A stretch of 64,000 bases of DNA from Takakia lepidozioides. Lineage: Eukaryota > Plantae > Bryophyta. The notes under the pieces were generated by a model. That model did no database searches and was not told where the DNA came from. It saw only the letters and a program-made list of their open reading frames with translations. Within the stretch, counting starts at the first letter, position 1; every line of letters starts with the position of its first letter. The stretch covers positions 310,001-374,000 of the forward strand of contig CM060734.1 of NCBI GenBank assembly GCA_030704615.1. Reading direction: 5' to 3'. A program made the translations under genes and the position numbers. This document shows positions 12,849-25,090 of the stretch, in pieces.

Positions 12849-13685
12849 GCATGTGCTTGAACATGTGTGCGACATATGTGCGGAGACACAACAGACTAAT
12901 ATATCATTTGCCTCCCCATCGACGCGCTCCCCCCTCAAGCCATTCCACAATTTAAATTTATTTTAAGCCAATAAATAGGTTTGCACTGCCTTTCAGTGGG
13001 GGTTTTTGGCACGTATCGATTTTGTTCTGCGGCTTCCAGCATCCCACGGCTACTCCCCCGCCAAAAATTGAAACTTGGCCAGTGTGTTCAATGTACCCTC
13101 TGATACGTCCCGGTGTAATACGAGATCAATAAAAAATCGTTCGATTGTCCAATGAGGCGTTCACTTGTCATCTGGTTTTTGTTCAATGCGAAAAAGAAAT
13201 CCTGCAATGCATGCACGGCTATTGCACCCATTGAACGGATGTGGTTGAAACCCCTCTTTTGCCTGCATGTGCTTGAACATGTGTGCGACACATGTGCGGA
13301 GACACAACAGACTAATATATCATTTGCCTCCCCATCGACGCGCTCCCCCCTCAAGCCATTCCACAATTTAAATTTATTTTAAGCCAATAAATAGGTTTGC
13401 ACTGCCTTTCAGTGGGGGTTTTTGGCACGTATCGATTTTGTTCTGCGGCTTCCAGTATCCCACGGCTACTCCCCCGCCAAAAATTGAAACTTGGCCAGTG
13501 TGTTCAATGTACCCTCTGATACATCCCGGTGTAATACGAGATCAATCAAAAATCGTTCGATTGTCCAATGAGGCGTTCACTTGTCATCTGGTTTTTGGTC
13601 AATGCGAAAAAGAAATCCTGCAATGCATGCACGGCTATTGCACCCATTGAACGGATGTGGTTGAAACCCCTCTTTTGCCTGCATG
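12849..13685. repeat. 416-bp tandem duplication
   Basis: GCATGTGCTTGAACATGTG at 12849 and 13265. Internal landmarks are offset by exactly 416 bp (12941/13357, 13015/13431). Confidence 0.92.
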
Positions 13686-14848
13686 CCCAAAAAAAAAGTG
13701 TTCTCTTCTCTCACTATTGCTGAACTCTCTATGAAGAGTGCATGAAGTAGAACACATATCAAGTTTGGAGTGCAAAACAGGGAAGAAACTGTCGTTTTGA
13801 GTCCAAATGAATTTTGATCGCTCCCAAATTTGGCACGCACGTTGCATATGGCTACATTACACGCCCCATTCAAAAACAGAATGAAAAAAAAATTGTGTGT
13901 ACGCGAAACACAGTCCAACAGGTCCCAAAGCAATAGCAGCTCCAACATAATACATTCAACGGGTGAACGGATGGTTGCCCATCCAAATCATTTTTGTTAG
14001 CTTCCAAACTTTTCCAGCACGTTGCAGACACCCTCTCACAGGTCTCGGACTTATATCAGATCAATCAAAATTCATTCGATGGCTCAACGGATGGTTGGCC
14101 ATCGAAATGATTTTGGTTCGCTTTGAGATTTGGCCACTATGTTTAATGTGCCATGTAAGAGGCCCCAGAGTAATATGAGATCAATCGAAATTTGTTCAAT
14201 GGGCCAACGGATGGTTGCCCATCCAAATGATTTTCGTTCACTTTGAAACTTGGCAAGTGTGTTCAATGTACCCTCTGATACGTCTCAGTGTAATACGAGA
14301 TCAATCGAAATTATTTTGTGCTTTGAGAACTTTGTGGGTATATTCGTAGAAGATCATAGATTTTGCGAAATGATTATGAAATACGCAGGGACCAGGCGAA
14401 ATTTGTTTGGAAGATGACCGTTCGTAACTCGTTATAACTTATTTGTTAACATCAATTTTTTTTGTTCTCCAGCTTTCGGAGTTCATTGCAAATACCCATA
14501 TACACGTCATGACCAAATATGACACCATTGTAAATTTGTTTACAGGGTGAACTACTTCTTCTCCATCACACGAGTGTAAATGTGAAGAAAACGTTGCTCA
14601 TGCAATTGAAATTGGCAGGTGCCGCACATGTGCATTGTGTATTAACAAAATTGGTGATATACAAACTTGACGGAATGCCATCACTGTGTTTTCCAACAAT
14701 ATTCAAGGTACAACAAAAATGCATATTGTATATGTACTATGCTGCCAGTCATTCAAAGCCTAGTCGTCACTGTCCGAGGATGTGGAATTTGATGTTGTGG
14801 CTTGATTTGCACTGCCAATTGCCAGAGCTTGCGACCGTGATCTCGTGG

Positions 14849-17800
14849 TCAATGAGGGGCCCAATGGCATGTGATCAATTTTGGCCTGCATCCGCCTACT
14901 TCGCGGCGAAAGTTGACTTTCTTCTTCACTCTCACGACGTGGCGGAGGTGGATCGAGAACAAGTGCTTGGGCTGCATGCAAATCGGCAATGAGGCCGTCC
15001 ACATCTGGCAAATACAGCCCCCGAAACACGATGATAACGGTCTGCCCATAATCGCCTTCATTTCTCTACAACTGCTTGATGGTACTTTTGAAACTTTCCA
15101 ACTGCTCTCGCGGGCCCTGTCCCTAATCATTGTGTCGTTTCGACGATAAGCCGCCTCGTACGCATCATTCATTCGGCGTTGACATATTATAGCATCTTCC
15201 AGTTCGGACAGCAACAAATGTTTCCCAATCGGTTGTCGGACATACAATTCGTTCTCCTCCGGCACCCATGGAACTTGTGGGAGCCAGATAAACCTGGACC
15301 TTCTTTGACTCTAATGCCCTCCCAGATTGCGGCAAAACTGTTCTCTCTCCCGCCAATCTCGAATACCTCCCGCACGTATGGTTATCTCCTAATCAGATGT
15401 GACCCACAAATACTGGGGATCTTTGATGTATGCCGGGTTTCCGGCATGTATGCCATGCATCTTTCTGTCTGCATCCCATACCAAGTTCTTGCCCCAATGC
15501 ACACAATTCAGAAATGTGTATGGTAGCCCATCCAATCGGAGGTTGTGTCGATTGTATTCAAAACCTATGGGCATCCGATCCTTCAAGCCCACCAGCTCAT
15601 AGAAACGACGATGGATTGGTGTACGGCATTCTGGGCAAGCGCTCGTTCGCAAGGCTTGCGGGATAAGACATGTGAGATGGAACATATGTCCACATGGTCC
15701 AAGCACATGACGTCCCTCTGGGCCGTATGGATTCCTACACATCGAACAAACTGTGCCATCTGATATCCATGACGGCAAAACGCCTAGTGGTATCTCCTCC
15801 ATCTGGGCCGGTTTGATGTGGCTGGTCATCCTTCTTGTGGTGTCCAACTCTTCCTCTATCTCCAATTCCCAGTTTATGCTTCTGTTTGACCCCGAAATTC
15901 TGTGCTCACATCGATCGAACATAGAATCCACATCTGCCCAATTGGTATACCCGGCGAACACGCTTGATGCGATGCGGAGATCATTATACCTTTGCATGTT
16001 GGCATAAATGCTATCCACGCTATGGTTCGACATACGTGCGACACGTTGCAAGCCTGACAGTGCCCGCTCTACCCGTGCTTCTCTGGAGGCCAAATGGGTC
16101 GCCCATTGTACCCAATTCTCCCAATCGCCATTCAATGGGACCCATGCCTGAATCTCCAGCGTTTTGGACAAGCGCCATGCAGTTGCCATGGCAATGTCCC
16201 GCTCCTTTGTAACGCGGTCGACATCTAATATCGGGTTCATCTCCGATTGAATGGCGACCCTCGAGCATTCCCCGGTTTCCAGTACTGGTTCTTTTCCTTT
16301 CATCATTCTCTCATCCACAATTCATTGTTCCTCAACCATGGTTTCATCGGTCACAGGGTCAAGGACGTCCGTAACTTCCTGAATGATGAGATCAATACTG
16401 CGATCGGGCATTACAAACTCCGCGTCCATGTCCACGACGTTTGTTCGATCCTCATTGTGGACAATAGTGCCTTCATTGTTTGGAGGCATGTCTTTCAATG
16501 TAGAACATAGAATCCACATCTGCCCAATTGGTATACCCGGCGAACACGCTTGATGCGATGCGGAGATCATTATACCTTTGCATGTTGGCATAAATGCTAT
16601 CCACGCTATGGTTCGACATACGTGCGACACGTTGCAAGCCTGACAGTGCCCGCTCTACCCGTGCTTCTCTGGAGGCCAAATGGGTCGCCCATTGTACCCA
16701 ATTCTCCCAATCGCCATTCAATGGGACCCATGCCTGAATCTCCAGCGTTTTGGACAAGCGCCATGCAGTTGCCATGGCAATGTCCCGCTCCTTTGTAACG
16801 CGGTCGACATCTAATATCGGGTTCATCTCCGATTGAATGGCGACCCTCGAGCATTCCCCGGTTTCTAGTACTGGTTCTTTTCCTTTCATCATTCTCTCAT
16901 CCACAATTCATTGTTCCTCAACCATGGTTTCATCGGTCACAGGGTCAAGGACGTCCGTAACTTCCTGAATGATGAGATCAATACTGCGATCGGGCATCAC
17001 AAACTCCGCGTCCATGTCCACGACGTTTGTTCGATCCTCATTGTGGACAATAGTGCCTTCATTGTTTGGAGGCATGTCTTTCAATGTAGAACATAGAATC
17101 CACATCTGCCCAATTGGTATACCCGGCGAACACGCTTGATGCGATGCGGAGATCATTATACCTTTGCATGTTGGCATAAATGCTATCCACGCTATGGTTC
17201 GACATACGTGCGACACGTTGCAAGCCTGACAGTGCCCGCTCTACCCGTGCTTCTCTGGAGGCCAAATGGGTCGCCCATTGTACCCGATTCTCCCAATCGC
17301 CATTCAATTGGACCCATGCCTGAATCTCCAGCGTTTTGGACAAACGCCATGCAGTTGCCATGGCAATGTCCCGCTCCTTTGTAACGCGGTCGACATCTAA
17401 TATCGGGTTCATCTCCGATTGAATGGCGACCCTCGAGCATTCCCCGGTTTCTAGTACTGGTTCTTTTCCTTTCATCATTCTCTCATCCACAATTCATTGT
17501 TCCTCAACCATGGTTTCATCGGTCACAGGGTCAAGGACGTCCGTAACTTCCTGAATGATGAGATCAATACTGCGATCGGGCATTACAAACTCCGCGTCCA
17601 TGTCCACGACGTTTGTTCGATCCTCATTGTGGACAATAGTGCCTTCATTGTTTGGAGGCATGTCTTTCAATGTAGCTTCCAACTCGGCTATGCGCAGTGT
17701 TTGCCAGTCTAGTCGGTCCTGTAGGGTCCTGATTCGCTGGTCTCTTTCCGCCAGTTGTTCCTCTAACGTTGCAGCCGGTTGTATTCCGAACGTGTCCGAG

Positions 17801-18267
17801 ATGTACTCCAAATCGTATAGCAATCTTGCGTTCCTCCTACTAGCAGTTTGCCAATTCACTGGACGCAAGAGTATGACCTCCACGTACAACTTGGCTGCCA
17901 AGGTGTACGGGATTTGACCCTTTAAGAGAGGTTGACCCCACAATGTGCAATGCACCTCATTCGCCCTATGCTAGAAATGATCGTTCGTGCAAGACCTGGA
18001 CTCTGTGTAATTGTTTCGGGTTTGCACGTCATGTCTATCCAAAGGCCACAATCGATTGATGTGGTACCATTTCACGAATTTTTTGTATCTCGCCATCGGC
18101 CACCGGAACTCTTCCGGAACATCCTCCCAGCCCTCTGCCAGTATGCTAGGGTCACCAAATACTTCCCAATTCAAGTCTTGCCTTGACCTTTTGATTTTCT
18201 TAGGAGGCGGTCCATGTTCATTGGGGTCATCTCTTCCATGACGATCATCGTCCTGGCCCTCTGCCAT
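14849..18267 (-). pseudogene. RING-H2 zinc-finger protein (putative E3 ligase) with coiled coil; disabled, left-arm copy
   Basis: CSMC-x14-CGHMFHLTC-x10-CPEC is a C3H2C3 RING. ORFs 17971-18267, 17494-17955 and 17059-17490 are one frame broken by single stops. The 586-bp triplication shifts the frame. Confidence 0.8.
15917..17675. repeat. 586-bp tandem repeat, 3 copies (left arm)
   Basis: GAACATAGAATCC at 15917, 16503 and 17089. Confidence 0.95.
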
Positions 18268-18637
18268 TCTACAACAATTGGAGCAACACTAAACGAGGTT
18301 TTCTAAAAAGACGTAACTCTAAACCCTTCCCCCGTTAAGTATGTTTGAGTAGGTGTCAAAATACTTCCTAAAAGCTAATTTTGTAGAATAAAATGATCCT
18401 GGAAGACAGATGAGGGTCTATGGGAGCTTTCTGCAACGACCTCACAGAAATCGCGGCAAAAAATACCCCCCACCCAACCAATGGCCTCCTTCTCCACGTG
18501 ACTACGTGTCGTGGAATAATGAAATGCTACGCAAACAGAACTTGTGTGGAGAGGAAGTAAGGGGAGAATAAGCCTCCCTTGGCTTATATTCCCCCCCGCC
18601 CTCATTTCTCGGGCCACGTGAGGGGCGAATCTTCTAG

Positions 18638-20137
18638 AAGCGACCGCCAACTTGGCGGTCGCTCGATTTTTCGGGAAAAAAAAAAAAAAAAAAAACGATC
18701 GTCAGAACTAGCGGTCGCTCCATTTGCTCGATAAATAAATAAATAGCGGCCGCTAGAACTGGCGGTCGCTCCATTTCCGGCAAAAAAAAAAAAAACGACC
18801 GCCACAACAGGCGGGCGCTCCATTTACCGCAAATAAAAAAAATAAGCGACCGCCAACATAGGCGGTCGCTTCATTTAAAAAATAAAATAAAATAAACCGA
18901 CCGCCAACATTGGCGGTCGCTTCAATTAAAAAAAATAAAAATAAAAAAGCGATCGCCAACATTGGCGGTCGCTTCATGTTCAAAACATTTAGAATAAATA
19001 AGCGACCGCCAACATACGCGGTCGCTTCATTTGCAAAAACTTTAAAAAAAAATAAGCGACCGCCAACATAGGCGGTCGTTTCATTTAAAAAAATTAAAAT
19101 AAATAAGCGACCGCAAACATAGGCAGTTGCTTCATTCTAAAAAAATTAAAAAAAAAAAGCGACCGCCAGCATAGGCGGTCGCTTCATTTTCAAAACATTT
19201 AAAATATATAAGCGACCGCCAAAAAAGGCGGTCGATTCATTTTTAAAAAAAATTAAAAAAATAAGCGACCGCCAACATAGGTGGCCGCTTCATTTCCAAA
19301 ACATAGGCGGTCGCTTCATTAAATAAGCGACCGCAAGAATAGGCGGTCGCTTCATTTTCAAAAACTTTAAAATAAATAAGCGACCGCCAACATAGGCGGT
19401 CGCTTCATTAAAAAAATAATTAAAAAAATAATCGACCGCCAGCATAGGCGGTCGCTTCATTTTCAAAACATTTAAAATAAATAAGCGACCGCCAACATAG
19501 GCGGTCGATTCATTTTCAAAAACTTTAAAATAAATAAGCGATCGCCAAGATAGGCGGTCGCTTCATTAAAATAAAAATAAGCGACCGCCAGCATAGGCGG
19601 TTGCTTCATTTTCAAAAACTTTAAAATAAATAAGCTACCGCCAACATAGGCGTTCACTTCATTAATAATTTTTTTAAAATAAATAAGCGACCGCCAGCAT
19701 AGGAAGTCACTTCATTTTCAAGACATTAAAAATAAATAAGCGACCGCCAACATAGGCGGTCGCTTCATCTTCAAAAACTTTAAAAAAATAACCGACCGCC
19801 AACATAGGCTGTCGTTTCATTAAAAATAAAAATAAAATAAAAAAACGACCGCCAATATAGGCGGTCGCTTCATTTTCAAAACATTTAAAATAAATAAGCG
19901 ACCGCCAACATAGGCGGACGCTTCATTTTCAAAAACTTTTAAAAAAATAACCGAAAATATTTAGAATAAATAAGCGACCGCCAACATTGGCCGTCGCTTC
20001 GTTTTTAAAAAATTAAGCGACGCCAGCATTGGCGGTCGCTTCATTTTCAAATCATTTAGAATAAATAAGCGACCGACAACATAGGCGGTCGCTTCATTTG
20101 CAAAAACTTTAAAATAAATAAGCGACCACCAACATAG
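18638..20137. repeat. Array of hairpin units AAGCGACCGCC-AACATA-GGCGGTCGCTT with A-rich linkers
   Basis: Roughly 30 copies of an 11-bp-stem/6-nt-loop palindrome at ~45-55 bp spacing. Confidence 0.95.
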
Positions 20138-20706
20138 CAACACAACGGGCATTAAGGAGCAACAGGGTTGATCTGTTTTCCACACGCATGCATCATTCTG
20201 CTGCATTAGACTGGGCGAAAGTTGAAGCCTCGAATGATGACAACTTGCCACTACAATTCCACCTTAACCGACGTGTTGCGCAGCAGACTTGTGGTTCCTC
20301 ACATGCCGGACCATCTCGGGCAGTCCCCCCTCCGGTACCTCCTTTGAGACCACCTTCGATTGCGTCCCGAGTCCATAAACGATAGAGAACAGTCCAACTT
20401 TTTGTAGGCAATCGGCCCACAAACAAGTCAGATACCGTGGATGGTATTCAAGACCGGAGCGGAAGTCGATCTCAGAGAGAACTAAATGTGGTTCGAGGTC
20501 GCTTGCAGATTCAAAGGCCAGGACATATGAGGTTGGATAGGGAAGACAATTCCAGCACTGATCATGGCAACCGTGGTGAAGTCGAGGGTGACCCGGATTT
20601 TCAACCCATCGGAGCATTAGGATTATAATCTTCTTCGTCCCGCCGTCGAAGCAATAAAATGAATTGAAGCAAAACAGCTGTAGGCATGCATCCGCACTTT
20701 TTAGTG
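20138..20706 (+). other. Unique spacer of the palindrome: 3' end of an unidentified ORF followed by a possible CACTA terminus
   Basis: ORFs 20188-20385 and 20437-20628 share a frame, separated by one TAG. The spacer ends CCGCACTTTTTAGTG (20706). Confidence 0.4.
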
Positions 20707-20710
20707 GACA

Positions 20711-22010
20711 TCGCTTATTTATTTTAAAGTTTTTGCAAATGAAGCGACCGCCTATGTTGGCGGTCGCTTATTTATTCTAAATGATTTGAAAATGAAGCGA
20801 CCGCCAATGCTGGCGTCGCTTAATTTTTTAATTTTTTAAAAACGAAGCGGCCGCCAATGTTGGCGGTCGCTTATTTATTCTAAGTGTTTTCGGTTATTTT
20901 TTTAAAAGTTTTTGAAAATGAAGCGTCCGCCTATGTTGGCGGTCGCTTATTTATTTTAAATGTTTTGAAAATGAAGCGACCGCCTATACTGGCGGTCGTT
21001 TTTTTTTTTTTTTTTTTTTTTAATGAAACGACAGCCTATGTTGGCGGTCGGTTATTTTTTTAATGTTTTTGAAGATGAAGCGACCGCCTATGTTGGCGGT
21101 CGCTTATTTATTTTTAATGTCTTGAAAATGAAGTGACTTCCTATGCTGGCGGTCGCTTATTTATTTTAAAAAAATTATTAATGAAGTGAACGCCTATGTT
21201 GGCGGTAGCTTATTTATTTTAAAGTTTTTGAAAATGAAGCGACCGCCTATGCTTGCGGTCGCTTATTTTTATTGTTATTTTTATTTTAATGAAGCGACCG
21301 CCTATCTTGGCGGTCGCTTATTTATTTTAAAATTTTTGAAAATGAAGCGACCGCCTATGTTGGCGGTCGCTTATTTATTTTAAAGTTTTTGAAAATGAAG
21401 CGACCGCCTATTCTTGCGGTCGCTTATTTAATGAAGCGACCGCCTATGTTTTGGAAATGAAGCGGCCGCCTATGTTGGCGGTCGCTTATTTTTTTTATTT
21501 TTTTTTAAAATGAAGCGACCGCGTATGTTGGCGGTCGCTTATATATTTTAAATGTTTTGAAAATGAAGCGACCGCCTATGCTGGCGGTCGTTTTTTTTTT
21601 AAAATTTTTTTAGAATGAAGCAACTGCCTATGTTTGCGGTCGCTTATTTATTTTAATTTTTCTAAATGAAACGACCGCCTATGTTGGCGGTCGCTTATTT
21701 TTTTTTAAAGTTTTTGCAAATGAAGCGACCACCAATGTTGGCGGTCGGTTTATTTTATTTTATTTTATAAATGAAGCGACCGCCTATGTTGGCGGTCGCT
21801 TATTTTTTTTATTTGCGGTTAATGGAGCGCCCGCCTGTTGTGGCGGTCGTTTTTTTTTTTTTTGCCGGAAATGGAGCGACCGCCAGTTCTAGCGGCCGCT
21901 ATTTATTTATTTATCGGGCAAATGGAGCGACCGCTAGTTCTGGCGATCGTTTTTTTTTTTTTTTTTTTTTTTCCGGAAAATCGAACGACCGCCAAGTTGG
22001 CGGTCGCTTC
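20711..22010. repeat. Mirror hairpin array AAGCGACCGCC-TATGTT-GGCGGTCGCTT with T-rich linkers
   Basis: Reverse complement of the left array, with somewhat fewer units. Confidence 0.95.
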
Positions 22011-22379
22011 TAGAAGATTCGCCCCTCACGTGGCCCGAGAAATGAGGGCGGGGGGGAATATAAGCCAAGGGAGGCTTATTCTCCCCTTACTTCCTCTCCA
22101 CACAAGTTCTGTTTGCGTGGCATTTCATTATTCCACGACACGTAGTCACGTGGAGAAGGAGGCCATTGGTTGGGTGGGGGGTATTTTTTGCCGCGATTTC
22201 TGTGAGGTCGTTGCAGAATGCTCCCATAGACCCTCATCTGTCTTCCAGGATCATTTTATTCTACAAAATTAGCTTTTAGGAAGTATTTTGACACCTACTC
22301 AAACATACTTAACGGGGGAAGGGTTTAGAGTTACGTCTTTTTAGAAAACCTCGTTTAGTGTTGCTCCAATTGTTGTAGA

Positions 22380-25090
22380 ATGGCAGAGGGCCAGGACGAT
22401 GATCGTCATGGAAAAGATGAGGGCTGGGAGGATGTTCCGGAAGAGTTCCGATGGCCGATGGCGAGATACAAAAAATTCGTGAAATGGTACCACATCAATC
22501 GATTGTGGCCTTTGGATAGACATGACGTGCAAACCCGAAACAATTACACAGAGTCCAGGTCTTGCACGAACGATCATTTCTAGCATAGGGCGAATGAGGT
22601 GCATTGCACATTGTGGGGTCAACCTCTCTTAAAGGGTCAAATCCCGTACACCTTGGCAGCCAAGTTGTACGTGGAGGTCATACTCTTGCGTCCAGTGAAT
22701 TGGCAAACTGCTAGTAGGAGGAACGCAAGATTGCTATACGATTTGGAGTACATCCCGGACACGTTCGGAATACAACCGGCTGCAACGTTAGAGGAACAAC
22801 TGGCGGAAAGAGACCAGCGAATCAGGACCCTACAGGACCGACTAGACTGGCAAACACTGCGCATAACCAAGTTGGAAGCTACATTGAAAGACATGCCTCC
22901 AAACAATGAAGGCACTATTGTCCACAATGAGGATCGAACAAACGTCGTGGACATGGACGCGGAGTTTGTGATGCCCGATCGCAGTATTGATCTCATCATT
23001 CAGGAAGTTACGGACGTCCTTGACCCTGTGACCGATGAAACCATGGTTGAGGAACAATGAATTGTGGATGAGAGAATGATGAAAGGAAAAGAACCAGTAC
23101 TGGAAACCGGGGAATGCTCGAGGGTCGCCATTCAATTGGAGATGAACCCGATATTAGATGTCGACCGCGTTACAAAGGAGCGGGACATTGTCATGGCAAC
23201 TGCATGGCGCTTGTCCAAAACGCTGGAGATTCAGGCATGGGTCCCATTGAATGGCGATTGGGAAAATCGGGTACAATGGGCGACCCATTTGGCCTCCAGA
23301 GAAGCACGGGTAGAGCGGGCACTGTCAGGCTTGCAACGTGTCGCACGCATGTCGAACCATAGTGTGGATAGCATTTATGCCAACATGCAAAGGTATAATG
23401 ATCTCCGCATCGCATCAAGCGTGTTCGCCGGGTATACCAATTAGGCAGATGTGGATTCTATGTTCTACATTGAAAGACATGCTTCCAAACAATGAAGGCA
23501 CTATTGTCCACAATGAGGATCGAACAAACGTCGTGGACATGGACGCGGAGTTTGTGATGCCCGATCGCAGTATTGATCTCATCATTCAGGAAGTTACGGA
23601 CGTCCTTGACCCTGTGACCGATGAAACCATGGTTGAGGAACAATGAATTGTGGATGAGAGAATGATGAAAGGAAAAGAACCAGTACTGGAAACCGGGGAA
23701 TGCTCGAGGGTCGCCATTCAATCGGAGATGAACCCGATATTAGATGTCGACCGCGTTACAAAGGAGCGGGACATTGCCATGGCAACTGCATGGCGCTTGT
23801 CCAAAATGCTGGAGATTCAGGCATGGGTCCCATTGAATGGCGATTGGGAGAATTGGGTACAATGGGCGACCCATTTGGCCTCCAGAGAAGCACGGGTAGA
23901 GCGGGCACTGTCAGGCTTGCAACGTGTCGCACGCATGTCGAACCATAGCGTGGATAGCATTTATGCCAACATGCAAAGGTATAATGATCTCCGCATCGCA
24001 TCAAGCGTGTTCGCCGGGTATACCAATTGGGCAGATGTGGATTCTATGTTCGATCGATGTGAGCACAGAATTTCGGGGTCAAACAGAAGCATAAACTGGG
24101 AATTGGAGATAGAGGAAGAGTTGGACACCACAAGAAGGATGACCAGCCACATCAAACCGGCCCAGATGGAGGAGATACCACTAGGCGTTTTGCCGTCATG
24201 GATATCAGATGGCACAGTTTGTTCGATGTGTAGGAATCCATACGGCCCAGAGGGACGTCATGTGCTTGGATCATGTGGACATATGTTCCATCTCACATGT
24301 CTTATCCCGCAAGCCTTGCGAACGAGCGCTTGCCCAGAATGCCGTACACCAATCCATCGCCGTTTCTATGAGCTGGTGGGCTTGAAGGATCGGATGCCCA
24401 TAGGTTTTGAATACAATCGACACAACCTCCGATTGGATGGGCTACCATACACATTTCTGAATTGTGTGCATTGGGGCAAGAACTTGGTATGGGATGCAGA
24501 CAGAGAGATGCATGGCATACATGCCGGAAACCCGGCATACATCAAAGATCCCCAGTATTTGTGGGTCACATCTGATTAGGAGATAACCATACGTGCGGGA
24601 GGTATTCGAGATTGGCGGGAGAGAGAACAGTTTTGCCGCAATCTGGGAGGGCATTGGAGTCAAAGAAGGTCCAAGTTTATCTGGCTCCCACAAGTTCCAT
24701 GGGTGCCGGAGGAGAACGAATTGTATGTCCGACAACCGATTGGGAGACATTTGTTGTTGTCCGAACTGGAAGATGCTATAATATGTCAACGCCGAATGAA
24801 TGATGCGTACGAGGCGGCTTATCGTCGAAACGACACAATGATCAGGGACAGGGCCCGCGAGAGCAGTTGGAAAGTTTTAAAAGTACCATCAAGGCAGTTG
24901 TAGAGAAATGAAGGCGATTATGGGCAGACCGTTATCATCGTGTTTCGGGGGCTGTATTGCCAGATGTGGACGGCCTCATTGCCCATTTGCATGAAACCTG
25001 AGCACTTGTTCTCGATCCACCTCCGCCACGTCGTGAGAGTGAAGAAGAAAGTCAACTTTCGCCGCGAAGTAGGCGGATGCAGGCCAAAAT
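22380..25090 (+). pseudogene. RING-H2 zinc-finger protein; disabled, right-arm copy
   Basis: Same ORF. In-frame stops at 22581 (TAG), 23058 (TGA) and 24577 (TAG). RING at ~24220-24342. Has a 93-bp in-frame deletion near the N-terminus relative to the left copy. Confidence 0.8.
22879..24051. repeat. 586-bp tandem repeat, 2 copies (right arm)
   Basis: ORFs 23064 and 23650 start 586 bp apart; junction TCTATGTTCTACATTGAAAG at ~23457-23476. Confidence 0.95.

Larger units (their letters stand above)
13416..20125 (-). repeat. Left arm of giant inverted repeat
   Basis: Reverse complement matches 20711-26542 throughout; ORF sets are mirrored (e.g. 309-aa ORFs 15389..16318- and 23650..24579+). Confidence 0.97.

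Noticed and set aside
18638-22010. CRISPR array
   Set aside because: Linkers are low-complexity A/T tracts related to each other, not unique spacers; no cas genes; eukaryotic context.
22581-24579. Programmed read-through or U-to-C editing of the shared stops
   Set aside because: Simple transition mutations before duplication explain them; the 586-bp frameshifting repeat also disables the gene; such editing is known from organelles.
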